From Macrostomum lignano (Eukaryota): DNA of 64,000 bases. A program made the position numbers and the translations under genes. The notes under the pieces are model-generated. The model did not search any database. It had not been told where the DNA came from and was given only the letters and a program-made list of their open reading frames with translations. The stretch lies in assembly GCA_002269645.1 (NCBI GenBank), contig NIVC01001700.1:1-64000 (forward strand). Reading direction: 5' to 3'. Below are positions 49,330 through 60,566 of this stretch, piece after piece. How positions within the stretch are numbered: the first letter of the stretch is position 1; every line of letters begins with the position of its first letter.

Positions 49330-51670
49330 GCTCGGCGTACCGCGTCGTTCGCCTTTGTCCGGGGACCCTGCGCCGTCTACAACAGCAGGTCTTGTAACGG
49401 CTCACGGCAGCGACTCGCTGACTGGATGACATGGCCAGCCCCAACTTGAGTCGCCTCCTCTCGCGCAGCAGGTCAGAAGGCCGCGTTAGGCGAGCCCTAG
49501 CGTAGAGCTCGACATTGGGCGGAGCCCAAGGTGGGGTGCTCACCCCACTGCTTTAGAATCTCGTGATGGACGAACTCCTGACGGCTGACGTCCCCAGCAG
49601 GATCGTCAAGGCAGGCTACACTGATTATGTCGCTGCTATTGTCAGTGGCCCTGACACCAGCACCCTTCGAAGCTTGATGCAGCAGTTCGCGGATAAGGCG
49701 CAAACCTGGGCTACCCGGCACGGCCTAACCATTAGCACCGCTAAGACGGTGGCCATTATCTTCACCAGGAAGCGGAAGTGGAGAATGCGGAACCTCACCA
49801 CCTATGGTAAGGACATCCCCCTAGTCAAGGAAACAAAATATCTAGGTGTGACGCTCACTCACGATCTGCGTTGCACCAAGCACGCTGACAATGTCATCGG
49901 GCGCGCCAGGCGCTGCTTCGCGCAGGTGAGGAGAGCCATCGGGCCTACCTGGGGGCTATCTCCCAAGACGGTCAGGTGGATCTACACCGGCATCATTCGA
50001 CCCAGTATTACCTGCGCGTGTGTTATCTGGTCCAGTGCGTTGGAGTTGAAGACTGTTCGGGACCGGCTGTACCGGCTGCAGGGTAACATCTGCCGTGCCA
50101 TCACCGGTGCGTATCCATCCACCCCTTACGAGGGGCTCAACACCATCCTCAGCATGCCTCCGCTGCATTTGTTCATTGGAGCTGAGGCGATGAAGGGCGC
50201 CAAGCGTCTCATTTGTGATAAATTTATTGCTAACACCCCCTTGGGCTTCATACCCGGGAAGACTCTCATCCCACATCTGGACTACATCCGTCGCGATCTT
50301 CAACGCATCCACCTCAATTTAGACGAGGTGGACTGCAAACCCCCCACTTTCATCCTCAGGAAGGGCTTCAAGTGTACCCTTCCGCCGCGAGGGAGCCACC
50401 CACTGGACGTGGGCATCAACTGGAGAAGCCAGGGTATTCACTGCTTCACTGACGGATCCCTGTGTGACGGTTTCGCGGGCGCGGGCATCGCCATTTTCCA
50501 CAAGGGTGAGGTGAGGCGATCTTACAAGAAAGTCTTCATCTTGGTGAGAATGTCTCGGTTTTTCAATCCAAAGTTGTAGGCATCAAAAAGTGCGCTGATT
50601 ATTTGCACAAGCTGGCATCAGCAGTTTGATATTAATTTTTACTCTGACAGCCAGGCCGCTATTAAGGCCTTGTCTTCCATCAAGCTCTCAACCAAGTCAG
50701 TTTCAGACTGCTTCAAAAGCTTGCATACCCTGGCGATTCTCAACAGAATCAATGTTATCTGGACACCAGGCCACAGCAACATCCTCGGCAATGAGCTGGT
50801 AGATTAACTCGCCAAGCGGGGTTGCACCCCCGGCGGAGCGCAACGCCCAGTCAAGTTACCTTTTCCGAAGTCATCAGTCAATCGCGCCATTCAGGAGTGG
50901 CTGAACCGCCAGCACCAGGTTCACTGGAACAGCTGCTCCGAATATCGGCAAACGCGAATCGCAATGCCTGTCATAAACCGGAAAGTATCCGAATATCTAA
51001 TCTCCTTAAGTAAAACTGACCTCAGGGAGATGTGCATGGTCATCACTGGCCATGGCTTCTTCCAGAGACATATTTCACTGAAAGTGGTTGCTCCTTTATC
51101 TGCCCATTCTGTGATCTAGAGGAGGAAACCTCGACGCACCACGTCACTTTCTGCCCGCACTTCAACGAGGCGCGGAGACATCACCTCGGTCACCCGCGAA
51201 GGCTGGACGAGCTCACCACTCCGGACCGGATCCGTGACCTGCGCGCATTTGTTCGGGATTCTGGACGGATGAAGATCGCAGACGCCACTCTCGCGAGCTC
51301 TTCTGCTGCCGGCGAGGGGTGGGCGCAGCCCCAAGGCTAACGCCTTTCTGTTTTTAGCTTGGGGTTGCGATGGGGGCCTCGCGGCCTAATCGCGGCGCTC
51401 TGCCCCCCGTCAGTAGTAAGTAAGTAGGAGCTCGACGTTGGGCTTCGAACCCCTGCCGCAGCGCACGTCGAACGCAGAGCGCAGCATCGCAGAGTGCGTG
51501 GCGTCCAGCTGTTTCTCCAGGGCATCCGTCAGTGTCCAGGGTTCGGCGTCAGGGTTGTAGAGCAGAACAGTCTCGACAACTGCTCGAAATAGCTTGTCCC
51601 GTCATCCAGAGCCTCAGATCGCAGCACCGAGTGCACCGAGCATAAGGCGACCCAGGCCAGCCCGCGTTCC
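49330..51670 (-). mobile_element. RTE-like LINE C-terminal remnant, split by the LINE insertion at 49521-51427
   Basis: KLFRAVVETVLLY...EPWTLTDALEKQLDATHSAMLR...PNVELY|ARARLTRPSDLLRERRRLKLG reads through the insertion site. It matches the RTE-type VLLYG.E.WTL...LD...LR...N.ELY...RRL...GH pattern. Confidence 0.7.
49521..51427 (+). mobile_element. 5'-truncated LOA-like LINE (RT C-half, RNase H, zinc knuckle), distinct subfamily
   Basis: Starts in the RT motif PQGGVLTPLL. Contains GYTD, FTDGS, SDSQAA, WTPGH, GHG...CPFC...HHVTFC and a (TAAG)n tail. 16-bp TSD with one mismatch: GAGCTCGAC(A/G)TTGGGC at 49505-49520 and 51428-51443. Confidence 0.88.
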
Positions 51671-52399
51671 CTGAACTGAATTCCCTTCAATCGGATTCCC
51701 CTCAAAAGAATTCCCAGTACTCAGATTCTGCGCCTCAGTCGATTCTGTTCCAGTTTACCCGAACTGCAAAATCAAAAGTTTCTCCACAAATTTCAGGTAT
51801 TTTTCCGTTAAAAAAAATTAGATGAGGCAGTGATGTGTATTTAGCATTGGATAAAGAGTAGAATAAATGATAAAAAAGCAGCGACTTTGCATTCATAAAA
51901 TTTCACTGCACAATACGATAGTCTACTAACAGAACCATGTTTTTGCTGAATAAGTTTGCAAGCGTATTGTCACATGTACACAATCCACTAGTGTCTGTCT
52001 AAGCTTAATAGAAGTTTTTTAGGGGCAAAGAGGCAAGGGAAACGACAAGAAAAATACACACACAGTCTTTTTGAGCCACGTAAATAGTTTCTACCAAAAG
52101 AATCCGAATTTTATTCACCCCACAAATGCCTCTTCTACTACTCCAGTAGTAGAGTGCGGGCGAACGGCTAGTAAGATGAATATCAAAGACAAGAATGATT
52201 TAATTTAAGGCGAAAAACCATCTTACATTCGATCTGTTCCTTATAAACCAGCAGCTGAAATACTGCGCGGCTTCAGGCAGATAGGAGGAAGACTGCCAAG
52301 TTTATCGTGGCGATATGGACCAGCCCTTCGAGTGGCGCAATGAAGGAAGACAGATATGAAAACAGTGTTTGAGATAGAAGAAGACAGCAGAGCCGGGAG

Positions 52400-53072
52400 A
52401 ATTGGACAGAGCCGGACAGGGTCGGACAGGTTCAGAGAGAGTCTGATAGTGTCGGAAGGGTCGGACAGAGTCGGACAGAGCAAGTCAGAGCCGGACAGGT
52501 TGTACAAGCTCGGATAAGATCGAATAGGGTCGGACACTACAGGAAGTCCCGCACAGGGTCGAACAGACTCGGACAGTATCGGACAGGGTCGGACAGGGTC
52601 GGACAGGGTCGGACAGTATTGGATTGACTCGGACAGGGTCGGACATTATTGGATTGACTCGGACAGTATCGGACACGGTCGGACAGACTCGTACATACTC
52701 GGACAGAATCGGAAAAACTCGGACAGTATCGGACAGGGTCGGACAGTATCGGACAGGGTCGGACAGTATCGGACAGGGTCGGACAGCATCGGACAGGGTC
52801 GGACAGCATCGGACAGGGTCGGACAGTATCGGACAGGGTCGGACAGTATCGGACAGGGTCGGACAGTATCGGACAGGGTCGGACAGTATTGGATTGACTC
52901 GGACAGTAGCGGACAGGGTCGGAGAGACTCGTACATACTCGGACAGAATCGAAAAACTCGGACAGTATCGGAAGGGTCGGACTGACTCGTACATACTCAG
53001 ACAAACTCGGACAGTATCGGACAGGGTCTGACTGAATCGTACATACTCAGACAGGGTCGGACAGAGTCGGAC
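52400..53072. repeat. Degenerate 10-bp repeat TCGGACAG(GG/TA)
   Basis: Direct inspection. Confidence 0.92.
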
Positions 53073-53242
53073 AGAGAGCAGAAAAGCGCCGTAAAGAAGG
53101 AGCTGGCAAAGGGCCGATAGAACTCAGTGAACAGGCAGCGAATTGAAAAGCAGTCAGCATAGCCAGTCAGCCAGCTCAGAATAGATATGAAATTCAATTA
53201 CAGCAGCGACGGAGAAAGGGCTGTGAGGGCGCTGAAGGCCCT

Positions 53243-56200
53243 TCAACTGCAGAAAGATTTCGACAGCACGCAGGGCTGGCAGTCCACTCTGAACGGATTC
53301 TGCAACAGACGGCAGGACTTGGCCTTGCAGTCGGGATGGTTGCCTGGATAGCTGACCGTGACGTTCCTGTAGGGCCGGCCGCAGCACATCACGCTGCAGA
53401 GGATCTCGCGGCGGCGTTCCCCTGTGTCGCTGGCCAGAATCTGCTGCGCCTCCGGGCTGCCGTCTGGCAGGCATTCCCTGCGGGTGGGGCAGATCATAGG
53501 ATAATTATAGGTACGCAAAGGAACATTCCTGGATGAGTAGTCAAGCGGTAGCCCGTCTGACTCTCGCACCAGAGTCCCTTGGTTCGATTCCAGATTCGGA
53601 ATTTGAGCACTAAGTAATGGTATGTGAGCTTGTCGTGCGATTATCGCCCATGAAGGCCAACCCACAAGGCACAGGGAGTGTACATGCCTGATGATAAGAA
53701 AGTCAGAGCCGTCGTGCACCCCCTGCATACGCATCCGGTCAGCGGACTGCTTTCCACCTCACTACTAACTGACTCAAATGACGAAGGTCAAGGCACGATT
53801 GTGAGTCGAGGGCCCTGTTCGCTAAACGCAGCTAATATTCACAATGTCCCCAAATATTTAGCTATGAATTTTCACCTGTAGATATCAAGGAACTCAATAT
53901 TACTGGCGGCCTGAACACCCCGCAGCCTCGGCCTGTTGTTTAGCGGTGGTGGGGGGGGAGGTTCGGGCGATTTTTCGGGCTTTTGAGTGGCCGGCAGGGT
54001 AGGCCGAGTGGCTTCCAATGCACAGATTGGGGCCTGATAGCGGAACTATGCGGGGCCCGGTGCGAGACAATCAATCATGGCCCCCTCTGCCGCGGGCTGG
54101 AGCGGAGCGGCGGTTTGGCGCCCGCCGCCTCCGCCATGGAGCTCTAAAACTAGCTATCCGGATTGGAAACTGACTGCATGTCGCCGATCATCTCAACTGG
54201 ATTACAATAATTATAGATTTGATTGCGTTTCAAAGTTTGCTAATAACTGCGCGTATCAACCTCTTTATCGAAATAAGAGATACATGTTAGTTCCTGAAAA
54301 AAAGTACGATCCAAACATGCAGAAGCTTCGGCCACTTCATCAGCTTCCATTCCAATTGCTCGATTTAGAGCTCCGCGTCTCGGCCATGCAGCGCGGGGTT
54401 ACAGGAATCTCGGACTTCAACTCCCCGGTCCCAACAATCCAATCTGGGTGGGGGGGGGGCAGCGCTGTTTAGCCGCTGGTTTTGGCAGCCCAGCTTATTA
54501 ATAGCCGTCTGGGATTTCAAGGCAGTGCGGGCCTGTTGGGGGTCATAAATTTGTCCAACTCTCCGTGGGCAGCCGCGGCGCCCCCTCCCCCAAAGCACCT
54601 GCAACAGATCCCGGAAGTTGGGTCTCTATCAGGCCGTAAGTTAGATATATGAGGCCATTTCTATTGGCATTGGATGCGCCTGAAATGAACTGTGTTCGCC
54701 CCGGCTGAATAAGCGCGCAGGTGTATTTTTTACAATATCTGACATAAGCGCGCACAAGCATAAGCGCACAGACGCGGCACTGACTTGTACTCAACAACAT
54801 TGAAAAGTCGACACCCTTTGCTCCAGTGAGCAGTGTCTATCCACTGGCGCCTATCACCTGGCCAACCATTTTGATATAAAAAATGCTTGAAAAAAACAAT
54901 GAAAACCGGGCGGAAGCTTCAATCCACTCAGTATTCGCCCTCCGCTCTTCCCAATCCCTCCTCATCCAGCCCCAACTCTGCGTCGCGTGTAAATCGCACA
55001 AGCCCAACCGGAATAGTCAGACGCATTTACCGCCCCCCCCCAAGATGGTCGGACTTTCGACATGAAGTTCTGGCCTGGGGTTTGTCAGTCTATTCACACC
55101 CAGGGAGGGCGAACCTCAAGGTACAGAGAGTGTACATGACTGACTGTCGCCAGAAGCCGTAAGATAGAAGGTGCCCATGCGGTAAACACTCTTGTAATAT
55201 TCTGAGTCCTGATTCCTTAAAGCAGAAGAAGTACTGTCTGGAACTGGGGCCCGATGCACAAGCATCATTGAGACGACTCATAAGGGCTTTGGGCACCTTT
55301 TAGTTTGTTGGTTGACTCATAAGGGCTTTGGGCTCCTTTTAGTTTGTTGGTTGACTCATAAGGGCTTTGGGCACCTTTTAGTTTGTTGGTTAACTCATAA
55401 GGGCTTGGGGCACTTTTTAGTTTGTTGGTTAACTCATAAGGGCTTTGGGCACTTTTTAGTTTGTTGGTTAACTCATAAGGGCTTTGGGCACCTTTTAGTT
55501 TGTTGGTTGACTCATAAGGACTTTGGGCACCTTTTAGTTTGTTGGTTAACTCATAAGGGCTTTGGGCACCTTTTAGTTTGTTGGTTAACTCATAAGGGCT
55601 TTGGGCACCTTTTAGTTTGTTGGTTAACTCATAAGGACTTTGGGCACCTTTTAGTTTGTTGGTTAACTCATAAGGGCTTTGGGCACCTTTTAGTTTGTTG
55701 GTTAACTCATAAGGGCTTTGGGCACTTTTTAGTTTGTTGGTTAACTCATAAGGGCTTTGGGCACCTTTTAGTTTGTTGGTTGACTCATAAGGGCTTTGGG
55801 CACTTTTTAGTTTGTTGGTTGACTCATAAGGGCTTTGGGCACCTTTTAGTTTGTTGGTTGACTCATAAGGGCTTTGGGCACCTTTTAGTTTGTTGGTTGA
55901 CTCATAAGGGCTTTGGGCACTTTTTAGTTTGTTGGTTGACTCATAAGGGCTTTGGGCACCTTTTAGTTTGTTGGTTGACTCATAAGGGCTTTGGGCACTA
56001 CCCCAAGTCAACACGACGTAGGCAGGCAAGCTCTCGTGTCAATTTTTCTGACCTATTTTGAGAACTCATACGGATACGTACGTAGACACAGCGGCCTCTT
56101 GGTTAACCTTCATGGGTTTAAATACGAGTATTTTGTGCACGAGCCTCAAATTTATGTTTTATGGAATCAAACGAGCCCACTGTCAACGAGTTCTTTGGCG

Positions 56201-59099
56201 CGAGCTATTGTATGCACACTCCTTGGTTGAGTGTTCTCATAGTGTTCTCACCTGTTACTAGTTCCCGGATAAACGTCCTCCCTCCGTGAGCAGTAGTCCA
56301 GCGAGTGCTCCTTGAACAGCAGCACGCTTGCCCGGGGCAGGCCGGGGACAACTTTGTATGACTCGCACAGCGGCTTCGCCGCCAGGGGGTTGCTGCCAGC
56401 CTGCCTGTCAGCCTCGGTGCAGCGCTCCTCGTAGCCTTGGTAGCCGCGCTCGTCAAATATGGTGCGGCGCAGGTTTTGCTGGATTGGGGAATTATATTTA
56501 TGAGCTCAGGCTTCGTTCTCACCTCTCGACTTCATCCGAGATAGTAGAAATAATTCATCAATTTGCAGCAGGAAAGGGAGGACGCCTTTCGCGAAATCGT
56601 CCCACCCCTAAAACTGACTCCTTGAGCACACACAAGCCCGCCAATACTGTACGCCTGCTGTATCGCGTATCCTTTAAATCCCAAATATTTTCCATGTTAT
56701 TAAAACCTCTTCCATATCGCCTAAGTAGAATAATTATGAATTAAACTACCTCAACAATTATGTGATAGTTCGAATTTGAGCCTCACCTTATCGTACAGGT
56801 TAATTAAAAAATCGATAGGATCGTCTTCGTAGCGCCGCACGTAGGCAGACGGAATCATCTGGATGCCTCGCTGGTGCAGCACCTTGTGGCAGGTTCTGAT
56901 CGTGCAGGAGGCGCTGCTGCCGTGGCATTTGCACCTGACCGCTTCGCTGTGCTTCGTAGCCCTGATGCCCACCCGATAATTGTGCCGATTCACCTTTTTG
57001 ACGAATCTATCGAAGGTTTTCACTGTCCTGCGGCCTCTCGGCCTCCGCCTTCGCGCGCGCTTCCTCTTGCCGGCAAAGCCCAGGAACTGGCGCGCCAGGC
57101 GCTGGCCCATGCGCAGGTTGGTGTGGCAGCCTTCCAAGCTGAAGCGCACCTCGGGCCACCTGGCGCGCAGCCATCTGGGCTCGGCGCCGCACGGGCAGTT
57201 GGCGATGACGCCTCTGGCGCAGTCGTTGGCCAGCGTGGTGGCCAGCACAAAGCCGGACATTGCGTGCACCAGGGCCTGCTCCGCTGTCACTGGGTGGTGA
57301 GTGAAAAATATCCAAATTATATTTACTGTGTTTCTTACAGCAGTGCTACTAAGTGTCAGAGGTCTCTGCACTAGGTCATCAACGTGTTAGCAACTTTTGT
57401 CTAGTGATACGTGCGCAGGCACGCGCTCATACTGGGTGTACAGCGACCTTGACTGTCACATTGTCAGGCGATGTACACACTCTGTGCCTTGAGAGTTGGG
57501 TCTCGCGGGTGAAAATTGCACGACAGACCCTCACGCCATCATTCAGTGCTCAAATTCCAAATCCAAGCAAGGAATCCAAGAATCGAACCAACAACCCTGG
57601 CGCGAGTGTCCGATGCGTAAACTGCTGAGCTTGCTCCGCCCCTCACTTAACAAGCCTTTCAAATGCTCATGTTGAACCACCAGCCTCCAAACGCCAGTTC
57701 AGTCCCCAGGCAGACGTTTAAAAAAGAAAAGAAGCGTCATGTCGAACATAGAAGATTAATTTGGGATGTCAAGGCTTGGAGGAAATCACTATAATGCTGT
57801 CAAGTCTTTGCTGTTAGGGTTAGGGTTAGGTTTGGAGTTAGGGATATTGTTAGGGTTAGGGGGAAATGCTGAGATTTCAAGGCTTACGGGGGGAATAGCT
57901 GAGCTGCCAAGACTTAGAAGGGAATTGTTGAGGTTATTGCAACGAGAAGCTACATTTAGTTTATTAAAAAATTTACGTTTCATTCTTGGTTGGCTTGGGG
58001 GGGGTGGATTGCTAGTAACATCTATCGAACATGTGCTGGCTTGATATTCCAAGCGAACGTTACACAGAGCGGCGAGAATTGTTTTGCCAAAAGAATAAAA
58101 GTTTAAAATAATGATGATGCCAAATCCTTTTTGAGATGTTGATTTAAAAATCTACTAGTACATTCCATCCTTGGTGCTTTTAGAGACACTCACGGGTTCG
58201 CAGCTCGGGCGCCAGTTCAGGAACGTGCTCCAGCACGCCGCAGTTCCACCTGAAGCCGCGAAATTGCTGCTGGCAGAGTGCCAAAGTCTGCTTGGAGGCC
58301 TCGATCAGAGAGGAAACAATGGCTGCCTTGGCTGCCCTTCGAGTCCATTTTTTGCAGAACTTGGCCTGGCTCAAATCGAAGATCATCCGCGACTGCATGG
58401 CCTGGCAGAAGTTGCTCTGCACCGGTCTGTCTGCGCGGGCTTCCAGTTTGTACAGGCCACTGTGGAGCGGCCAGGGATAGAGGGGAGAGTGGTGAGCACT
58501 GGTCAGGGATAGAGGGGAGAGTGGTGAGCACTGGTCAGGGATAGAGTGGAGAGTGGTGAGCACTGGTCAGGGATAGAGGGAGAGAGTGGTGAGCACTGGT
58601 CAGGGATAGAAAGGAGAGTGGTGAGCACTGGTCAGGGATAGAGGGGAGAGTGGTGAGCACTGGTCAGGGATAGAGGGGAGAGTGGTGAGCACTGGTCAGG
58701 GATAGAGGGAGAGTGGTGAGCACTGGTCAAAGATAGAGTGGAGAGTGGTGAGCACTGGTCAAAGATAGAGTGGAGAGTGGTGAGCACTGGTCAGGGATAG
58801 AGGGGAGAGTGGTGAGCACTGGTCAGGGATAGAGGGAGAGTGGTGAGCACTGGTCAAAGATAGAGTGGAGAGTGGTGAGCACTGGTCAAAGATAGAGTGG
58901 AGAGTGGTGAGCACTGGTCAGGGATAGAGGGGAGAGTGGTGAGATCAGGACTGAGGATGGGAGGGCTGAGCACTGACAAGTAGAGCAGCACTCACAGCCA
59001 TTGAATCGCTCCGCAGGTGTTCAGGCAGCCAGAAATCAGCAAAAGCAGCAGAAGCAGCGGCGCCTGGCTGAGCAGAAGCAACAGAGGCGCAGGCCTCAT
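53243..59099 (-). CDS. wnt: Wnt family ligand (divergent; N-terminus most like Wnt11/Wnt4 types), 5 exons, about 444 aa
   Basis: Exons 58996-59099 (signal peptide...AIQWL), 58194-58459 (CQQQFRGFRWNC), 56787-57289 (EQALVHA, CPCG, NRHNYRVG, CKCHGSSASC..TC), 56252-56478 (SLDYC...GTSNR), 53243-53477 (MCCGRPY...). Phases are consistent and the total is 1335 nt. Subfamily not resolved. Confidence 0.95.
53538..53870 (+). mobile_element. tRNA-derived SINE family 1 copy (Wnt intron 4)
   Basis: A-box-like TAGTCAAGCGG, B box GGTTCGATTCC at 53581, and the family core at 53678-53719. The 3' boundary is approximate. Confidence 0.8.
55050..55147 (+). mobile_element. SINE family 1 partial copy
   Basis: GGGTTTGTC...CTCAAGGTACAGAGAGTGTACATGACTGAC; truncated in the core. 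Confidence 0.55.
55276..55998. repeat. Intronic minisatellite, 39-bp unit GACTCATAAGGGCTTTGGGCACCTTTTAGTTTGTTGGTT
   Basis: Wnt intron 4. Confidence 0.96.
57410..57632 (-). mobile_element. tRNA-derived SINE family 1 copy (Wnt intron 2)
   Basis: Minus-strand head AGCTCAGCAG...GGTTCGATTC, then GTCGTGCAATT...AAGGCACAGAGTGTGTACA...TGTACAC. Confidence 0.8.
58478..58942. repeat. Intronic minisatellite, 32-bp unit GGGATAGAGGGGAGAGTGGTGAGCACTGGTCA
   Basis: Fills most of Wnt intron 1. Confidence 0.96.
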
Positions 59100-60257
59100 G
59101 GGTGCTCAGGAAGTCACTGACAGTGGCTGAGCAGCCGCTTGATTCAAATTTCTTCAGCGTGAAAGAATTGATTAAACTTTTGCAGCCCAAATTCCAGTGG
59201 CGGGTATCAAATAATTTACCATATTTGCAGAGTCTGCAGCGATACCATGGTTCATTAGTTTTTATCGGGACTATCGGCCTGTCTCTCCCTCTCTCTTGTT
59301 TTTCTCGAATGGTGGACCAATGGTGAGTGTGTCTGTGACGGGGCCATACGTAAGAACGAACGCGCGCAAGATTCGCAGCGGAATTCTTGCATGGAGAATA
59401 CAAAGATGGGGAGGGGGGGCACAACCGATGGTTTATGATCGCAGGTTTCCCGATGCCAGAGTGGGGCGAGACGGCAGCATCAGAGGTTAGTTGAGAGCGG
59501 TTAGCGCTGGATCAAGGACTTCTGGAAACTTGGATTGGACACAAGCCAGAAAAGCAAAATAAGTAGACCCCATCTGAATAATTTCAAAGCATAATGGGAA
59601 CTTTAAAACCGTCAACAGCTATACAAACAGCAGATGACGCGCCTGCCGTCGCCGGCAGGGTGCCTGCAAGGTCAGCAGTGCGACTCGGCGAGGATGATGT
59701 GGCTCTCCAGCTGAAGTCCCCGACAGCGCAACCTAAGTCGCTTGGGCGGACCTTGGCCGGCTCGGTGGTTGAGTTCCGCGTTGGTGACTCAGAACATATC
59801 GCTTCCTGATGATCAGATTTTGAGTCAGCAAATTGATTCGGGGTCCAGCTTCAGTCCGCGGGGGGGGGCTATCCAGAGGTCCATGCAGGGAGCAAGCGTT
59901 TTTAGATTTCGCATTTCTAAAGCGCAGATCCGCATGAAAGAGATTTTTGCTAGCGCGAGGAGGGGGAGGGAGGGTGAGGGGCAACAGGCGGAGCTTGCGG
60001 CCGGAGAGTCATAAATTTCCCATTCGGGAGGCCGCTATCGCGGATTTCTCCCAGCCGAGGGCGGGGAGCTTGTATATCAGCGGCGCGACCGCTGTCTGTG
60101 ACTCCCCTCATGCCAGACCGGCCCCGCCCAGCCGCCCCTCTTTCAGGATCCTTCTTTGCATACATGGTGCTTAACAGAAGCAGCCTATGCATAGGTGGGG
60201 AGCCCGACCACCTGACTGCCGCTATTTGACCGCCGTCCATATCCGACAGTCGAAGAT

Positions 60258-60566
60258 TAGGGTTGGGGTTTAGGTTAGGGTTGGGGTTTAGGTTAGGGTT
60301 GGGGTTTAGGTTAGGGTTGGGGTTTAGGTTAGGGTTGGGGTTTAGGTTTGGGTTAGGGTTTAGGTTAGGGTTGGGGTTTAGATTAGGGTTAGGGTTTAAG
60401 TTTGGGTTATGGTTTAGGTTAGGGTTGGGGTTTAGGTTAGGGTTGGGGTTTAAGTTTGGGTTATGGTTTAGGTTAGGGTTGGGGTTTAGGTTAGGGTTAG
60501 TGTTTAGGTTAGGGTTTAGGGTTTAGGTTAGGATTAGGGTTTAGGTTAGGTTTAGGGTTTAGGGTA
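60258..60566. repeat. Interstitial telomere-like array, mostly 18-bp units TTAGGG-TTGGGG-TTTAGG
   Basis: Direct inspection; unique sequence lies on both sides. Confidence 0.92.

Noticed and set aside
54320-54350. Hammerhead-like CTGATGA on the minus strand
   Set aside because: No GAAA core and no convincing stems II/III.
52485-56061. Repeat ORFs at 52.5-53.0 and 55.3-56.0 kb
   Set aside because: Minisatellite translations; the second lies inside Wnt intron 4.
60258-60566. True telomere
   Set aside because: Internal, short, dominated by variant units and flanked by unique DNA on both sides.
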